NCBI GenBank assembly: GCA_947628235.1
Contig: CANQZC010000005.1
Span: 1,460 to 65,459, forward strand
DNA: 64,000 bases
DNA from: an uncultured Bacilli bacterium
GTDB taxonomy: Bacteria; Bacillota_I; Bacilli_A; RF39; UBA660
Direction: 5' to 3'
In this document: in pieces, positions 1 to 10,429 of the stretch
How positions within the stretch are numbered: the stretch's first letter is position 1
Layout of the letters: each line of letters starts with the position of its first letter
Made by a program: the position numbers and the translations under genes
The notes under the pieces: generated by a model
The model's input: the letters and a program-made list of their open reading frames with translations, nothing else
The model's database searches: none
What the model was told of the DNA's origin: nothing

Positions 1-382
1 AATCAAGATAACGATATTTTAATCTCGTATCTTCTAAGGCAGTTGTTTCTTCACTAATTTCAAAAGGAAGTTCTAACGAAGTATTTAAAAGTTCCATCTC
101 TTCTAGTAAGATTTCAATTTCTCCTGTTTTTAACTTTTCATTTGGATTTTCTCTTGCGGCTACTGTTCCTACACAACGAATAACATATTCATTTCGTAAT
201 GTCTCAGCAACAGAATAGCAACTATCTTCAGGACGAACTACCAATTGGACAATCCCACTTCTATCGCGTAAATCGATAAATAATAGTCCTCCTAAATTTC
301 TTCTTTTTGCTACCCAACCATAGAGTTCTACTTTCTTTCCAATCTCTTTTTTCGATAGTGTAGCATTTTCTATTGTTTTCAT
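1..382 (-). CDS. aspS: aspartate--tRNA ligase, N-terminal part (gene runs off the window)
   Basis: My own translation from ATG at 382 (GGAG RBS at about 388-393) gives MKTIENATLSKKEIGKKVELYGWVAKRRNLGGLLFIDLRDRSGIVQLV...LPFEISEETTALEDTRLKYRYLD. This is the typical bacterial AspRS OB-fold N-terminus. It follows hisS as in B. subtilis. Confidence 0.85.
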   Translation of the reverse strand, partial: MKTIENATLSKKEIGKKVELYGWVAKRRNLGGLLFIDLRDRSGIVQLVVRPEDSCYSVAETLRNEYVIRCVGTVAARENPNEKLKTGEIEILLEEMELLNTSLELPFEISEETTALEDTRLKYRYLD

Positions 383-399
383 ATTCTCCTTCTTTCTAA

Positions 400-595
400 C
401 TAAAAAAATTCTATAAAGATAGGGACGAATCATCGCGGTACCACCCTACTTCATAGAATTTCTATGCACTTTCTTTCTTTAACGCAGAATTACGATTATT
501 TAGCGTTTAGTGTCTTCCTCTTTCTCCATTTCTGATTCGCACCAACCATCAGTTCTCTGATAAACTTCTAAAAAAGTACTCCTCTAAACAAATAT
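400..595 (-). promoter_or_regulatory. T-box riboswitch leader with Asp (GAC) specifier, between hisS and aspS
   Basis: Minus strand carries the conserved T-box sequence AGGGUGGUACCGCG (plus 434-447). AGAGA and GGUGCGA stem I elements lie at about 554-558 and 536-543. GAC followed by A sits in the specifier position (512-514). A long terminator helix (AGAAAUUCUAU...AUAGAAUUU) is followed by a U-run (plus A-run 402-408). Confidence 0.85.
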
Positions 596-619
596 TACTA
601 TTATTCTAATCCTATTTTT

Positions 620-1930
620 TTATTTTGTCAATTGCTTTAAAACTTCTTCTTTGGTAAGAAGTTCTTGGTTTCCAGTTTTTAAATCTTTGAAGGCAACTTT
701 TCCTTCTTGAACCTCGTTTTCACCAATAATTAATACATAAGGGATACCAAGACGATCAGCATATTTCATTTTCTGTTTCATGCCTTTTTCCTGATAATAT
801 ACATCTGTTTTAATTCCATTTTCACGAAGATAGTTAGCAATCTCTAAAACAAAGCCATTATTCTCTTTATCCATAGGTACAATCAATACTTGACTTAAAG
901 AATTTTCTAAAGAAGAGATTAGGCCAACTTCCTTTAACTGTGAAAATAGTCTTGTAAGTCCGATAGAAATTCCAATTCCAGGTAAGTGTTGATCGGTGTA
1001 ATACTCTGTTAAGTTTTCATATCTACCACCAGAACAAATACTTCCTAAAGACGGATAATCATCTAATCTAGTCTCATAGACTGTTCCAGTATAGTAATCT
1101 AATCCACGAGCAATCGTTAAATCTAGGGTATAGTAGTTTTCGTCGACTTGGAAATCTTTTAAGGCTCGAAAAACAATCTCTAACTCTTGTACTCCGGCTT
1201 GGAAAGTTTCTTCCTCAGATAGATTTTTTAAGGCTTCTAATTTTTCTTCCGTTGTTCCTTCTATCTTTAGGAAAGCAAGAATTTTCGTTACAGCCTCTTC
1301 CTCGACACCTAATTCTTTTAATTCTTGAGAGACAGCCTCTTCCCCTATTTTTTCAATTTTATCAATGATTCTTAAGATATCCGTTGCTTTCTCTTCTAAC
1401 GCTAAACTTTTAAAGAATCCATTTAATACTTTTCGATTATTGATACGAATCGTAAATTTTCCTAAATTTAATTTTTGAAATAAATGATAGATAACGGTTG
1501 GTATTTCTGCATCATAAATGAAATCTAGGGATTCGTTTCCGATAATATCGATATCACATTGATAAAACTCCCGAAATCTACCTTTTTGAGGTCTTTCCCC
1601 ACGGAATACTTTACTAATTTGATATCTCTTAAATGGAAATACTAAATCATTATAGTGGGCTGATACATAACGCGCTAAAGGGACAGTCAAATCAAAGCGA
1701 AGAGATAGATCGGTGTCTCCCTTTAAAAAACGATAAATCTGTTTTTCAGTTTCTCCTCCCGCTTTCGCTAATAAGACTTCTGATAATTCGATTGTTGGGG
1801 TATCTAATGGTAGAAATCCAAACTCTTCATAAGTCGTTCGAATCGTATCTACCATTCGGTTAAACAGGATTTGATCAGAAGGTAATAATTCCATAAATCC
1901 TGATAAAATTCTTGGTTCTACTTTTTTCAT
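620..1930 (-). CDS. hisS: histidine--tRNA ligase
   Basis: 436 aa. Class II HisRS motifs are present (RFREFYQCDIDIIG, LARGLDYYTG, GGRYENL) with a C-terminal anticodon-binding domain. Confidence 0.95.
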   Translation of the reverse strand: MKKVEPRILSGFMELLPSDQILFNRMVDTIRTTYEEFGFLPLDTPTIELSEVLLAKAGGETEKQIYRFLKGDTDLSLRFDLTVPLARYVSAHYNDLVFPFKRYQISKVFRGERPQKGRFREFYQCDIDIIGNESLDFIYDAEIPTVIYHLFQKLNLGKFTIRINNRKVLNGFFKSLALEEKATDILRIIDKIEKIGEEAVSQELKELGVEEEAVTKILAFLKIEGTTEEKLEALKNLSEEETFQAGVQELEIVFRALKDFQVDENYYTLDLTIARGLDYYTGTVYETRLDDYPSLGSICSGGRYENLTEYYTDQHLPGIGISIGLTRLFSQLKEVGLISSLENSLSQVLIVPMDKENNGFVLEIANYLRENGIKTDVYYQEKGMKQKMKYADRLGIPYVLIIGENEVQEGKVAFKDLKTGNQELLTKEEVLKQLTK

Positions 1931-2050
1931 ATAACTCCTTCTTTCTATTTTTTTCTAATGATTCAAAATAATCAATGTCGGAAGAAGTAATAAGGAAAAT
2001 CTTTCACCCACTCTTTAATTCCTTTTTTCATAATTCACCTCAATATATTC

Positions 2051-2079
2051 AGTATATAGTTTTTTTGAATTTTAGTCAA
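2051..2079 (-). promoter_or_regulatory. putative sigma-A promoter of hisS
   Basis: Minus strand reads TTGACT (2079-2074), 17-nt spacer, TATACT (2056-2051). The -35 overlaps the stop codon of the upstream gene. Confidence 0.5.
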
Positions 2080-2915
2080 TGAAGTTCTTTTTGTTTGGGA
2101 GGGGGCTTTAAGGCTTCCTCCACAAGAATTCCTAAAGAGGTTAAAACATCATTGCGTTCCTGATGAGAACTATACCACTTTGTTTTCGAGGTATCTTCAT
2201 TTTCATAAAAGATACCATGACGAATTGGATAATTTAAAAGATGAAACCAATTGCCACGAATTTCTCCATATGGATACATTCGTACCAATTCTCTTAAATT
2301 AGATTGATCTACCGGATAAGTATAAACTACTTTCGGAGATGTCGCATACATTCCTGTTCGCATATCTACAAAGAATTCTTCTCTTCCCATATATACTCTT
2401 TGATCTGTATTAGAAAGTGGATAAACTTGTACATTCTCCGTATCGAAAAGATATTCCATTCCGTAGTTACGATAGAAAAGTAAACGATGATTTAAAAAAT
2501 ACATCTCTTCTGCTTCTAAAAGTGCTTCATGACTAGCGGCATCTACTAAATGATAGATTCCCTCCCGGAAGTCAATGCGATACTTAAGAGTCGCTAAAAG
2601 ACCGCATCCCCCTTTCGGAAAACTCTTTTCTAAGGCTTCTACCACTCCTAGATTTTCAATCACTACTTCTCTTGTTCGATAATTAATGACACGATACATA
2701 TTGGGATTCGCAAGAAGAATTTCTAAATCTTTATTATTATTTTTTACCACAATTAAATCCTTTGCCTCATCATAAAAACCAATAAAGTGATATCCATAGT
2801 TTTGAAAGTAGGCTTCTAATTGATCTTGAGTACGAAAAATGGAGTAATGTTCAAACTCCCTTTCCGATATAATTTTATCTTTTGCTTGCAATCCAATCAC
2901 TGGTTCTATTCTCAT
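2076..2915 (-). CDS. hypothetical cytoplasmic protein (no recognisable family)
   Basis: 279-aa ORF with no TM segments. It sits in the same orientation between the AI-2E transporter gene and hisS. I see no known motifs. Confidence 0.55.
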   Translation of the reverse strand: MRIEPVIGLQAKDKIISEREFEHYSIFRTQDQLEAYFQNYGYHFIGFYDEAKDLIVVKNNNKDLEILLANPNMYRVINYRTREVVIENLGVVEALEKSFPKGGCGLLATLKYRIDFREGIYHLVDAASHEALLEAEEMYFLNHRLLFYRNYGMEYLFDTENVQVYPLSNTDQRVYMGREEFFVDMRTGMYATSPKVVYTYPVDQSNLRELVRMYPYGEIRGNWFHLLNYPIRHGIFYENEDTSKTKWYSSHQERNDVLTSLGILVEEALKPPPKQKELH

Positions 2916-2972
2916 ACGCCCTCACATTGGCCTATTATAACATAGGAAGGTAAAAATAACAAGAAAAAGGAA

Positions 2973-4067
2973 CTATGTTCCTTTGACCTCTTTATTGTTC
3001 TCTCTCATCTTTCCAATACTATCGGTAATATCATCTCGGTAGTGTTTATAGGTTGTAACAATGATAATCGCAACTGGGAAGGAAATAAAGATTCCGACAA
3101 TTCCAAATAACATACTTCCTGCTGACATAGCAAAAATCGTAAGTAATGGATGAATAGAATTTGTCTTTCCATAAACAGCTGGATTAATAACATAACTATC
3201 GACACTAGATAAGATAAAGAAAGTAATTAATGTCTTTACGAAAAGACCTGGACTTACAACAAATGCCGTAATAGCAGCAACACAGTTACAAGCAATTCCT
3301 CCAAAGTATGGAATCATATTGGCAATTCCCGCTAAGAATCCTAATAGAAGAGCATTTGGGTGTCCAATAATCTTATACGCTAAAGCATATTCTACTACAG
3401 AAATAAGCATAACTTCCACTAATCCACTAAGATAGTTTTTCATACCTGTATCAAGTGCTTTGACATAATTATAAGTTTTCTCCTTCTTAGAACGGAAGAA
3501 CTTCTTTACTTCTGCCCGAATCTTATCCATATCAATCAAGAAATAAATATAAGCAGCAAGGCCAAAGAATAGTTTTCCAATAAATCCAATAGAAGAACCA
3601 ATTAAATTAATCGCACCATCCGATACATAAGTTGTGACATCAGTAATAATCTTTTGAAATCCTTCATTAATAGTACTTTGTAACCCACTAATATTAATAT
3701 TCCAATCATGCGTAGAAATCTCTGTTAAGAAGGTATTAATACTAGAGAAAAGAGATGATAATTGTCCTACTAATACACTCGTAATTAAGTAGATTGTAAA
3801 GACAATTAAGGCAAATAGAACAAAGAGTAAAATACAAATAGCTAACCATTTTGGCAATCCTTTTTGGCGCATCTTCTCAACAATTGGAGAAGTTGCATAG
3901 GCAAGCGCAAAAGATAGTACAAAAGGAGTAATGATAGCAATAAACTTATTAACTCCATCAATCCATAAATTTCCAGTACGATAGATTAAAAAGATAATCA
4001 AAGCAATGAGCGCTAAATTCACTAATTTATAATCCACTTTTTCTTTTTTAAACATGATTTTCCTCAC
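2973..4067 (-). CDS. AI-2E family transporter (PerM/YhhT-like, UPF0118)
   Basis: 364 aa and polytopic. The motif [19 protein letters not shown] is typical of the AI-2E/UPF0118 family. Confidence 0.75.
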   Translation of the reverse strand: MRKIMFKKEKVDYKLVNLALIALIIFLIYRTGNLWIDGVNKFIAIITPFVLSFALAYATSPIVEKMRQKGLPKWLAICILLFVLFALIVFTIYLITSVLVGQLSSLFSSINTFLTEISTHDWNINISGLQSTINEGFQKIITDVTTYVSDGAINLIGSSIGFIGKLFFGLAAYIYFLIDMDKIRAEVKKFFRSKKEKTYNYVKALDTGMKNYLSGLVEVMLISVVEYALAYKIIGHPNALLLGFLAGIANMIPYFGGIACNCVAAITAFVVSPGLFVKTLITFFILSSVDSYVINPAVYGKTNSIHPLLTIFAMSAGSMLFGIVGIFISFPVAIIIVTTYKHYRDDITDSIGKMRENNKEVKGT

Positions 4068-4497
4068 TTTCTAGAAGAATGGTAATCGGTCCATCATTGG
4101 TAATAGATACCTTCATATCCGCCCCAAAAACGCCACAAGAAACAGGAACAGAAACTCTTAATTTTTGATTGAATAGCTCATAGAGAGGATTTGCTTCCTC
4201 TCCTTTCATCGCATCGATGTAACTAGGACGATTTCCTTTTTTGGTATTGCCATAAAGGGTAAACTGAGAAATACTTAAGATCTCTCCTCCTACTTCTAAA
4301 ATCGACTTATTCATCACACCATTTTCATCATCAAAAATTCTTAAATTCAAAACTTTTTTAGCGAGAGCCTCTACTTCCTTTTCCGTATCTCCATTCTTAA
4401 ATCCTACTAATAGGACTAAGCCAGAATCAATCTTACCAACCACTTTTCCCTCAACACTTACCGAAGAGGATAAACTTCTTTGAACTACTACTCTCAT
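4048..4497 (-). CDS. dtd: D-aminoacyl-tRNA deacylase
   Basis: 149 aa with MRVVVQR...GLVLLVG...SQFTLYG...KGNRPSY. It lies immediately downstream of relA, as in Bacillus. Confidence 0.9.
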   Translation of the reverse strand: MRVVVQRSLSSSVSVEGKVVGKIDSGLVLLVGFKNGDTEKEVEALAKKVLNLRIFDDENGVMNKSILEVGGEILSISQFTLYGNTKKGNRPSYIDAMKGEEANPLYELFNQKLRVSVPVSCGVFGADMKVSITNDGPITILLESEENHV

Positions 4498-6671
4498 TAA
4501 TTAATAATCCTCTCTACTTGAATGATACTACTAATAGAAAGTAAATCATTCATAAACTTCGCTAATTTCTCCGTATTTTCTACTAAAACATTTAAAGTAA
4601 TCATATAATTAGATTCACTATTTAAGGTATTGATACTTTGAATTGTAATATCACTTCCAGATGTCTTAGAGATAATTGTTAAAAGCAAATCTTTATTTTC
4701 AGTAGCGCGTACTAAAATATCTGTAGAATATTTCTTCGTAATTTCTTCATTCCAACTCACATCAATAATTCTTTCTTCTAACTCGCTGACATTCGGGCAA
4801 ATCGAACGATGTACATTAATTCCGTTTCCTTTCGTAATATATCCAACGACACTATCGCCAGGAATTGGTTTACAACAAGAAGCAATATTTACTTTTATCT
4901 CATCGATTCCTTCAACGACAATATCGTTCTTCGCAGGAGTTTTCACTGTCTCCATTTTTGTTACTTTATCTAAAAGAATTTCTTCTTTACTACGATTCTC
5001 ACTCGTATAAAAATTTAAAATCGATAATGGTGTTACTTTTCCATTTCCAATCGAAATATAAAGTTCATTCATATCTGCCATATGAAATTCTTTTAGGATA
5101 TTATCTAAGGAATCATTCGCATAAAACTCAGCAAAAGGAATTTTTCTCTTTCGTACTTCTTTTTGTAATAATTCTGTACCTGTTTTTAAATACTCCTCTT
5201 TATCAATCTTATTATAGAAACTACGAATCTTATTCTTTGCTTGAGAAGTAAATGCCATATCGATCCATTCTCGTGAAGGACCACTCGAATTCTTATTCGT
5301 ATTAATTTTAATGATATCGCCATCGTTTAATGTATAATCGAGTGGGACGATATTTCCGTTGACTAATGCTCCTACCATCGTATCTCCGACTCCACTATGA
5401 ACACGATAAGCAAAATCAATTGGCGTAGATCCTTGAGGAAGTTCAATAACATCTCCTTTCGGAGTAAATACATAGATAGTATCTTTTAAGACATCTTCTT
5501 GAACACTTCGAACAAACTCCTCATCATTCGACTCTTCTTCTTTTAATTCCATAATTTCACGGAAGAATTGAAGTTTTTGTTCCATCGCACTTTGCATGCT
5601 TGCTTTTACATTACTTCCATGTTCCTTATAAGACCAGTGAGAAGCAATTCCTCGCTCTGCCACTTCATCCATCTCATATGTACGAATTTGAATTTCAAAG
5701 AGATATCCCTCTAATCCAAAAACTGTCGTATGAAGCGATTGATACATATTCGTCTTTGGCATCGCAATATAGTCTTTAAATCGTTTTGGAATTGGTCGAT
5801 ATTTGGAATGAACAATTCCTAAAGCTTGATAACATTCTTGCTCGGTATTGACATAAACTCTCATCGCAAGTAAATCATAGATATCACTGAAGCGTTTTCC
5901 TTTATCTAGTTTCTTATAGATACTATAAATACTCTTTGCTCGACCTTTAATTTGGTGTTCAATTCCATTCTTATGAAGTAATTCACTTACTTTTTCCATC
6001 ATTTCATTGACGATTCGATCTCTTTCTTTTCGGGTTTGATTGAGTTTTTCGACGATGGAAAAATAAACATCTGGTTTATAGTAACGAAGTGATAAATCTT
6101 CTAGTTCACTTTTAATTTGATTCATTCCTAGACGATGCGCGATAGGCGTTAAAATATCTAGTGTTTCTTTTGCTTTATCCTTTTGCTTTTTCTCAGGAAG
6201 AATCCACAGTGTTCGCATATTATGAAGACGATCCGCTAATTTAATAATTAAAATACGAACATCTTCGGAAAGCCCTACTAAGATTTTTCTGTGGTTAGCA
6301 ATCGTAGCCTCATTATCACAAGTAAATTTTAATTTATTAATTTTGGTTACTCCATTGACTAACGAAGCAATTTCCTTTCCAAACTTCTCTTCTATTTCTT
6401 CATAAGTCGCATCACAATCTTCAATCGTATCATGTAAGATAGCCGCACATATCGTTTGATAATCGGCATTGATATCGGATAAAATATAGGCAACATTTAA
6501 GGGATGGACAATATAATCCTCTCCTGTTAAACGAGTCTGTCCAAAATGTTTCTCATAAGCAAAAAGATAAGCCTTAGAAATGAGCTTACGCTCTTCCGGT
6601 TTTGTGATATAGGTACAAACTTTCTCATAAAGTTCATCGAAAGTTAACCTTGGATTATCTTTTCTCATCAT
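4497..6671 (-). CDS. relA: bifunctional (p)ppGpp synthetase/hydrolase (RelA/SpoT homolog)
   Basis: 724 aa. It has an N-terminal HD hydrolase domain (HPLNVA...LHDTIED), a synthetase domain ([27 protein letters not shown]), and TGS and ACT-like C-terminal domains. Confidence 0.95.
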   Translation of the reverse strand: MMRKDNPRLTFDELYEKVCTYITKPEERKLISKAYLFAYEKHFGQTRLTGEDYIVHPLNVAYILSDINADYQTICAAILHDTIEDCDATYEEIEEKFGKEIASLVNGVTKINKLKFTCDNEATIANHRKILVGLSEDVRILIIKLADRLHNMRTLWILPEKKQKDKAKETLDILTPIAHRLGMNQIKSELEDLSLRYYKPDVYFSIVEKLNQTRKERDRIVNEMMEKVSELLHKNGIEHQIKGRAKSIYSIYKKLDKGKRFSDIYDLLAMRVYVNTEQECYQALGIVHSKYRPIPKRFKDYIAMPKTNMYQSLHTTVFGLEGYLFEIQIRTYEMDEVAERGIASHWSYKEHGSNVKASMQSAMEQKLQFFREIMELKEEESNDEEFVRSVQEDVLKDTIYVFTPKGDVIELPQGSTPIDFAYRVHSGVGDTMVGALVNGNIVPLDYTLNDGDIIKINTNKNSSGPSREWIDMAFTSQAKNKIRSFYNKIDKEEYLKTGTELLQKEVRKRKIPFAEFYANDSLDNILKEFHMADMNELYISIGNGKVTPLSILNFYTSENRSKEEILLDKVTKMETVKTPAKNDIVVEGIDEIKVNIASCCKPIPGDSVVGYITKGNGINVHRSICPNVSELEERIIDVSWNEEITKKYSTDILVRATENKDLLLTIISKTSGSDITIQSINTLNSESNYMITLNVLVENTEKLAKFMNDLLSISSIIQVERIIN

Positions 6672-6677
6672 TTCACC

Positions 6678-7634
6678 TTATTCTCTAAATATTTTTTCAA
6701 ATTGTTCTTCTCTCTCTTTTGGTAAAAGTCCTAACATTCCTAAATAATAAATCTCAGGTCTAGTGTCTTTTCCTTGAATTTCAGAAAGATAGTTTAATGT
6801 TTCAATAACACTTTCTTTTTTATCACTTCTTAAAATCACTCTTTCCCGATACTTACTAGTAATTCCTAGCACTAAAAGAACCGCTCCAACCACAGGAAGA
6901 TAAAAAGTCCATAAGGTAGGTTCCTTTAAGAAAGATAACGCTAAAAATAGATTAAAGAAAGCAAAAATCATAGAAGCCATCGTGACAAAGGCGGAAGTAG
7001 CATTCTCTACCCCAATAAAATAGTCTCCCTTAATACTTTGAACGAGTTCTCTAAAACTGGAATTATCTCGCGTATTCTCGATGCTGTATCGTAAAATTTC
7101 TTCGATAGGAAGTTTTCCTCCTTTTTGAAATTTCTCTAACTTTTCCATTCGAAGTTCTTCCTTTTGATGAAAGAAAGAAGGTTTTAAAAAGAAAAGTTTT
7201 AAAAGGTAGCGATCAGATTCCCCTAAACTAGGAAGAGAAAGTGAAGGAGAAATCGAATATTCCTCTTCCTCTTCTATCATATATCCTTTGGAAACTAGAT
7301 AATCTAGAAGAATAGAAATCTCTCTTTTACCCATCGCAAGTTGTTTATGATACCAACTGGTATAAATAACGGAAGCATCGATAGGATTTAAAGAAATACA
7401 ATCGATTTTTCGTTTGGGAATCGCTTTTTTCATTCGCGTCATAATCTTTTTGTTTTTCATAAGGTAGTAAAAATTCCAAAGAACAAAAAATCCGGTCATC
7501 CCTAAAGCAATCCATTCTAATACTAAAATATCTTTTGAAATAATGAAACTATAAAGAGTAGCAGCCCCAATTAAGAGGATTAATACAAATAACCATTTCT
7601 GATCATTTTTATCTTTCTTTTTTTCTACACTCAT
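6678..7634 (-). CDS. hypothetical membrane protein
   Basis: It has two N-terminal and two or three C-terminal TM helices around a soluble middle. I moved the start to MSVEKKK (ATG 7634) because AGGTGA lies 4 nt upstream and a TATAAT box abuts the ORF-track start at 7649. Confidence 0.55.
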   Translation of the reverse strand: MSVEKKKDKNDQKWLFVLILLIGAATLYSFIISKDILVLEWIALGMTGFFVLWNFYYLMKNKKIMTRMKKAIPKRKIDCISLNPIDASVIYTSWYHKQLAMGKREISILLDYLVSKGYMIEEEEEYSISPSLSLPSLGESDRYLLKLFFLKPSFFHQKEELRMEKLEKFQKGGKLPIEEILRYSIENTRDNSSFRELVQSIKGDYFIGVENATSAFVTMASMIFAFFNLFLALSFLKEPTLWTFYLPVVGAVLLVLGITSKYRERVILRSDKKESVIETLNYLSEIQGKDTRPEIYYLGMLGLLPKEREEQFEKIFRE

Positions 7635-7697
7635 GAAATCACCTACCATAAATTATACCATATCCAAGATTATTAATAAAGAAAAAATAAAAAGGAA

Positions 7698-10121
7698 TTA
7701 GCAATTAATTCCTTTTACTTTTAATTCTTGTACTTTATCATCATCTTCTACTTCATACCATTTTTTCTTCTCGTCTTTACCGATATTTTTTCTCTCTAAT
7801 AAATACCATAAATGAACAGCTAAGAATAAAGAAGAATAAGTACCTGCAATTAAACCAATTAATAACGCATAGTTGAAGTTAATGATTTCATGAGAGCCTA
7901 AGAAGATAAGCGCTAAAACAGGAATTAAAGTAGTAACAGAGGTAATGATACTTCTTGAGATTACTTGCTTTAAACTGGTATTTACTAAATTCTTAAGTTC
8001 TTCTTTGGTCTTTAATTTACCATGATAGATTTTCTTTTTATTTTCCCGAATTCTATCAAATGCTACAATCGTATCATTAATAGAGTATCCAATGATAGAT
8101 AAAATAGCAGCAATAAAGATACTAGTTACTTCAAAGCGGAAAATACTGAAGAAGATAACAACGATTAAACAGTCATGTAGTAAAGCAAAGATAGCCCCTA
8201 CTCCGTAACTAAAGGTAAATCGTAATGTAACATAGATAATAAGTCCTAATAAAGCAAGAACTAAAGACCAAATCGCATTCTCTAAAAGCTGTTTCTTAAC
8301 AATATTAGATACCATACCAACACTTGTCGTAGATCCTTCATAATGTTCTTTAAAGTATTCTTCTACTTTGGCATTATCTTCGGCTTCAAAGATATCTGAT
8401 AAAGTAAGATAAACATTTTTCTCATCAATTTGTTCAGCACTAGCAACATGATAATCTAACGCAGTAAGTTCCTCTTTAACAGTATCCTTATCTAGTTTTA
8501 CATCGGCTTGTAAAGAGATACTAGATCCACCCTTAAAGTCAATACCTAAATTAAATCCATGAATACCTACATAAACACATCCAGCTACTAAAATAATGAT
8601 GGTAGCGGTAAAGAAGCGTGGATTCCATTTAGTGAAGGAAATCTTTTCTACAAAACTTCTCTTCTCTAAATGACGAATTCCTAAGAAAGCTTCTAAGTGA
8701 TTATCAAAAATACCACTTTCGACAAACTTTCCTAAAAGGTAACGAACAAATAATACCATGACAGCAAAGGTAACAAAGATACTGATAAGGAGCATCGTTG
8801 CGAATCCTTTTACACTACTTTCTCCAAAGATAAATAGAATAAAAGCAGCAATTAAAGTCGTTACATTGGCATCAAAGATAGACCAGAATGAATTTTTATT
8901 TCCTCGTTTGAAGGCTTCCTCTAAAGTACTTTTTGTCCTTAATTCCTCTTTAATTCTTGAAAAACTGATAACACAGGCATCTACTGCCATACCAATTCCA
9001 ATAACAACGGCAGCAATAGATGGTAAAGTAAGTCTTCCTCCAATTAAATTAAAGATTAAGAAAACTAGAGCGGTATAAACCATAATACCAACACTCGTAA
9101 TAAATCCACTAAAACGATAAATCGCGATTAATAGTAACATAATAAGAACAATTCCAACAACGCCAGCAAAGAAAGTCTTTTGAAGAGCATCCTCGCCGAA
9201 AGAGGCATTGACCGTACGAGCTGAAATTTCCTCTAACTTGGTAGGTAAACTACCAGAATTGATAAGATCTGCTAAATCCTGAGCTTCTTCTTGCGTAAAG
9301 TTTCCTGTTAATTGTACAGATCCACCAGTAAGTTCTCCTTGAATCGTCGCATGAGAAATACATCTAGAATCTCCACTAGTACCACAATTTACCACTTCTT
9401 CAGCATAAGAGTCTACCCCTTCTTCAAAGTCTAACCAAATTACCATTTCTTTTCCAATTAATGGTTTTGTCTTTTGGTAGAAAGTATCGACATCAGAAAT
9501 ATCAATTAATAACATATAAGTTCCAACACGATCTGGATTCTGCGCTACTTTTACAGAACCAGCCTTTAGAACACTTCCGTCCATAAGGAAATTATCAGAA
9601 GTATCACGGAAGGTTAAATTCGCCATTTTACTTAATGTATTTTTTGCTTCTGATTCATCCGTAACACCCGCTAATCCAACACGAATATTATTTCCTTCAA
9701 TAGAAATTTCTGGTTCACTAACTCCTAAAATATCAATACGTTTTAAAATAATATTGTAAGTACTAGTTACCATATCTTGTGTAACTTTACTACCATCAAC
9801 ACTATCTACTTTGTATAAAATTTCAAATCCGCCTTGCAAATCTAATCCAAATTTCGTTGCTTTTAAAATTGGAAAAAGAGATGCTGATACAACTGCTAAA
9901 AGAACAATTGTTACCAAAAGAGAAGCAAGGAAAGATTTTCTTCTCGCTTTTCTAACACGAATTTCCTTTCCTAATTCTTTTGGACTTTCCTTTTTGATTT
10001 CTTTGGAAACTGTCTTTTTCACAGGTTCTTTTTCCTTCGTTTCTACTTTTTCTTCTTTCGAAGAGACTTTTCTCTCTTCTTTTTTTGTTGGTTGTAATTT
10101 TTTTCTTTTTGCCATATTCAC
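7698..10121 (-). CDS. secDF: protein translocase subunit SecDF (fused)
   Basis: 807 aa with two 6-TM SecD/SecF modules and large extracytoplasmic loops. It carries a K/E-rich N-terminal tail. Confidence 0.9.
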   Translation of the reverse strand: MNMAKRKKLQPTKKEERKVSSKEEKVETKEKEPVKKTVSKEIKKESPKELGKEIRVRKARRKSFLASLLVTIVLLAVVSASLFPILKATKFGLDLQGGFEILYKVDSVDGSKVTQDMVTSTYNIILKRIDILGVSEPEISIEGNNIRVGLAGVTDESEAKNTLSKMANLTFRDTSDNFLMDGSVLKAGSVKVAQNPDRVGTYMLLIDISDVDTFYQKTKPLIGKEMVIWLDFEEGVDSYAEEVVNCGTSGDSRCISHATIQGELTGGSVQLTGNFTQEEAQDLADLINSGSLPTKLEEISARTVNASFGEDALQKTFFAGVVGIVLIMLLLIAIYRFSGFITSVGIMVYTALVFLIFNLIGGRLTLPSIAAVVIGIGMAVDACVISFSRIKEELRTKSTLEEAFKRGNKNSFWSIFDANVTTLIAAFILFIFGESSVKGFATMLLISIFVTFAVMVLFVRYLLGKFVESGIFDNHLEAFLGIRHLEKRSFVEKISFTKWNPRFFTATIIILVAGCVYVGIHGFNLGIDFKGGSSISLQADVKLDKDTVKEELTALDYHVASAEQIDEKNVYLTLSDIFEAEDNAKVEEYFKEHYEGSTTSVGMVSNIVKKQLLENAIWSLVLALLGLIIYVTLRFTFSYGVGAIFALLHDCLIVVIFFSIFRFEVTSIFIAAILSIIGYSINDTIVAFDRIRENKKKIYHGKLKTKEELKNLVNTSLKQVISRSIITSVTTLIPVLALIFLGSHEIINFNYALLIGLIAGTYSSLFLAVHLWYLLERKNIGKDEKKKWYEVEDDDKVQELKVKGINC

Positions 10122-10363
10122 CTATCCCCATTCTTTTGCATGTATTGATATATTTCCTGATTATCGGTATGTAGAATATCTTCTACCATTTCATGAAGGA
10201 GTAAACCACTTGCGTGTTTCCACTTCGTTTCTGCTAAATAGTTCCATACTTCCTTTTCAGAAATATTCAAATAATCATTTCTTTCGAGGTCTAACACTTT
10301 ACTATTTAGTGCTGGTAATAATCGGTCGTGAAGATCTTCTAGCGTTTCAAATTCAATCTCCAT
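10118..10363 (-). CDS. ComN/YrzD-like post-transcriptional regulator (small protein upstream of secDF)
   Basis: 81 aa. The pattern ...EKEVWNYLAETKWKH...LHEMVEDIL...YQYM, together with its position between a spoVB-like gene and secDF, mirrors B. subtilis comN (yrzD). Confidence 0.5.
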   Translation of the reverse strand: MEIEFETLEDLHDRLLPALNSKVLDLERNDYLNISEKEVWNYLAETKWKHASGLLLHEMVEDILHTDNQEIYQYMQKNGDR

Positions 10364-10429
10364 TTCTAATATCCCTCGTTTTCACATACAATATTGTATA
10401 CTAAAATCTTGATTTTGAAAAGGAGAAAC

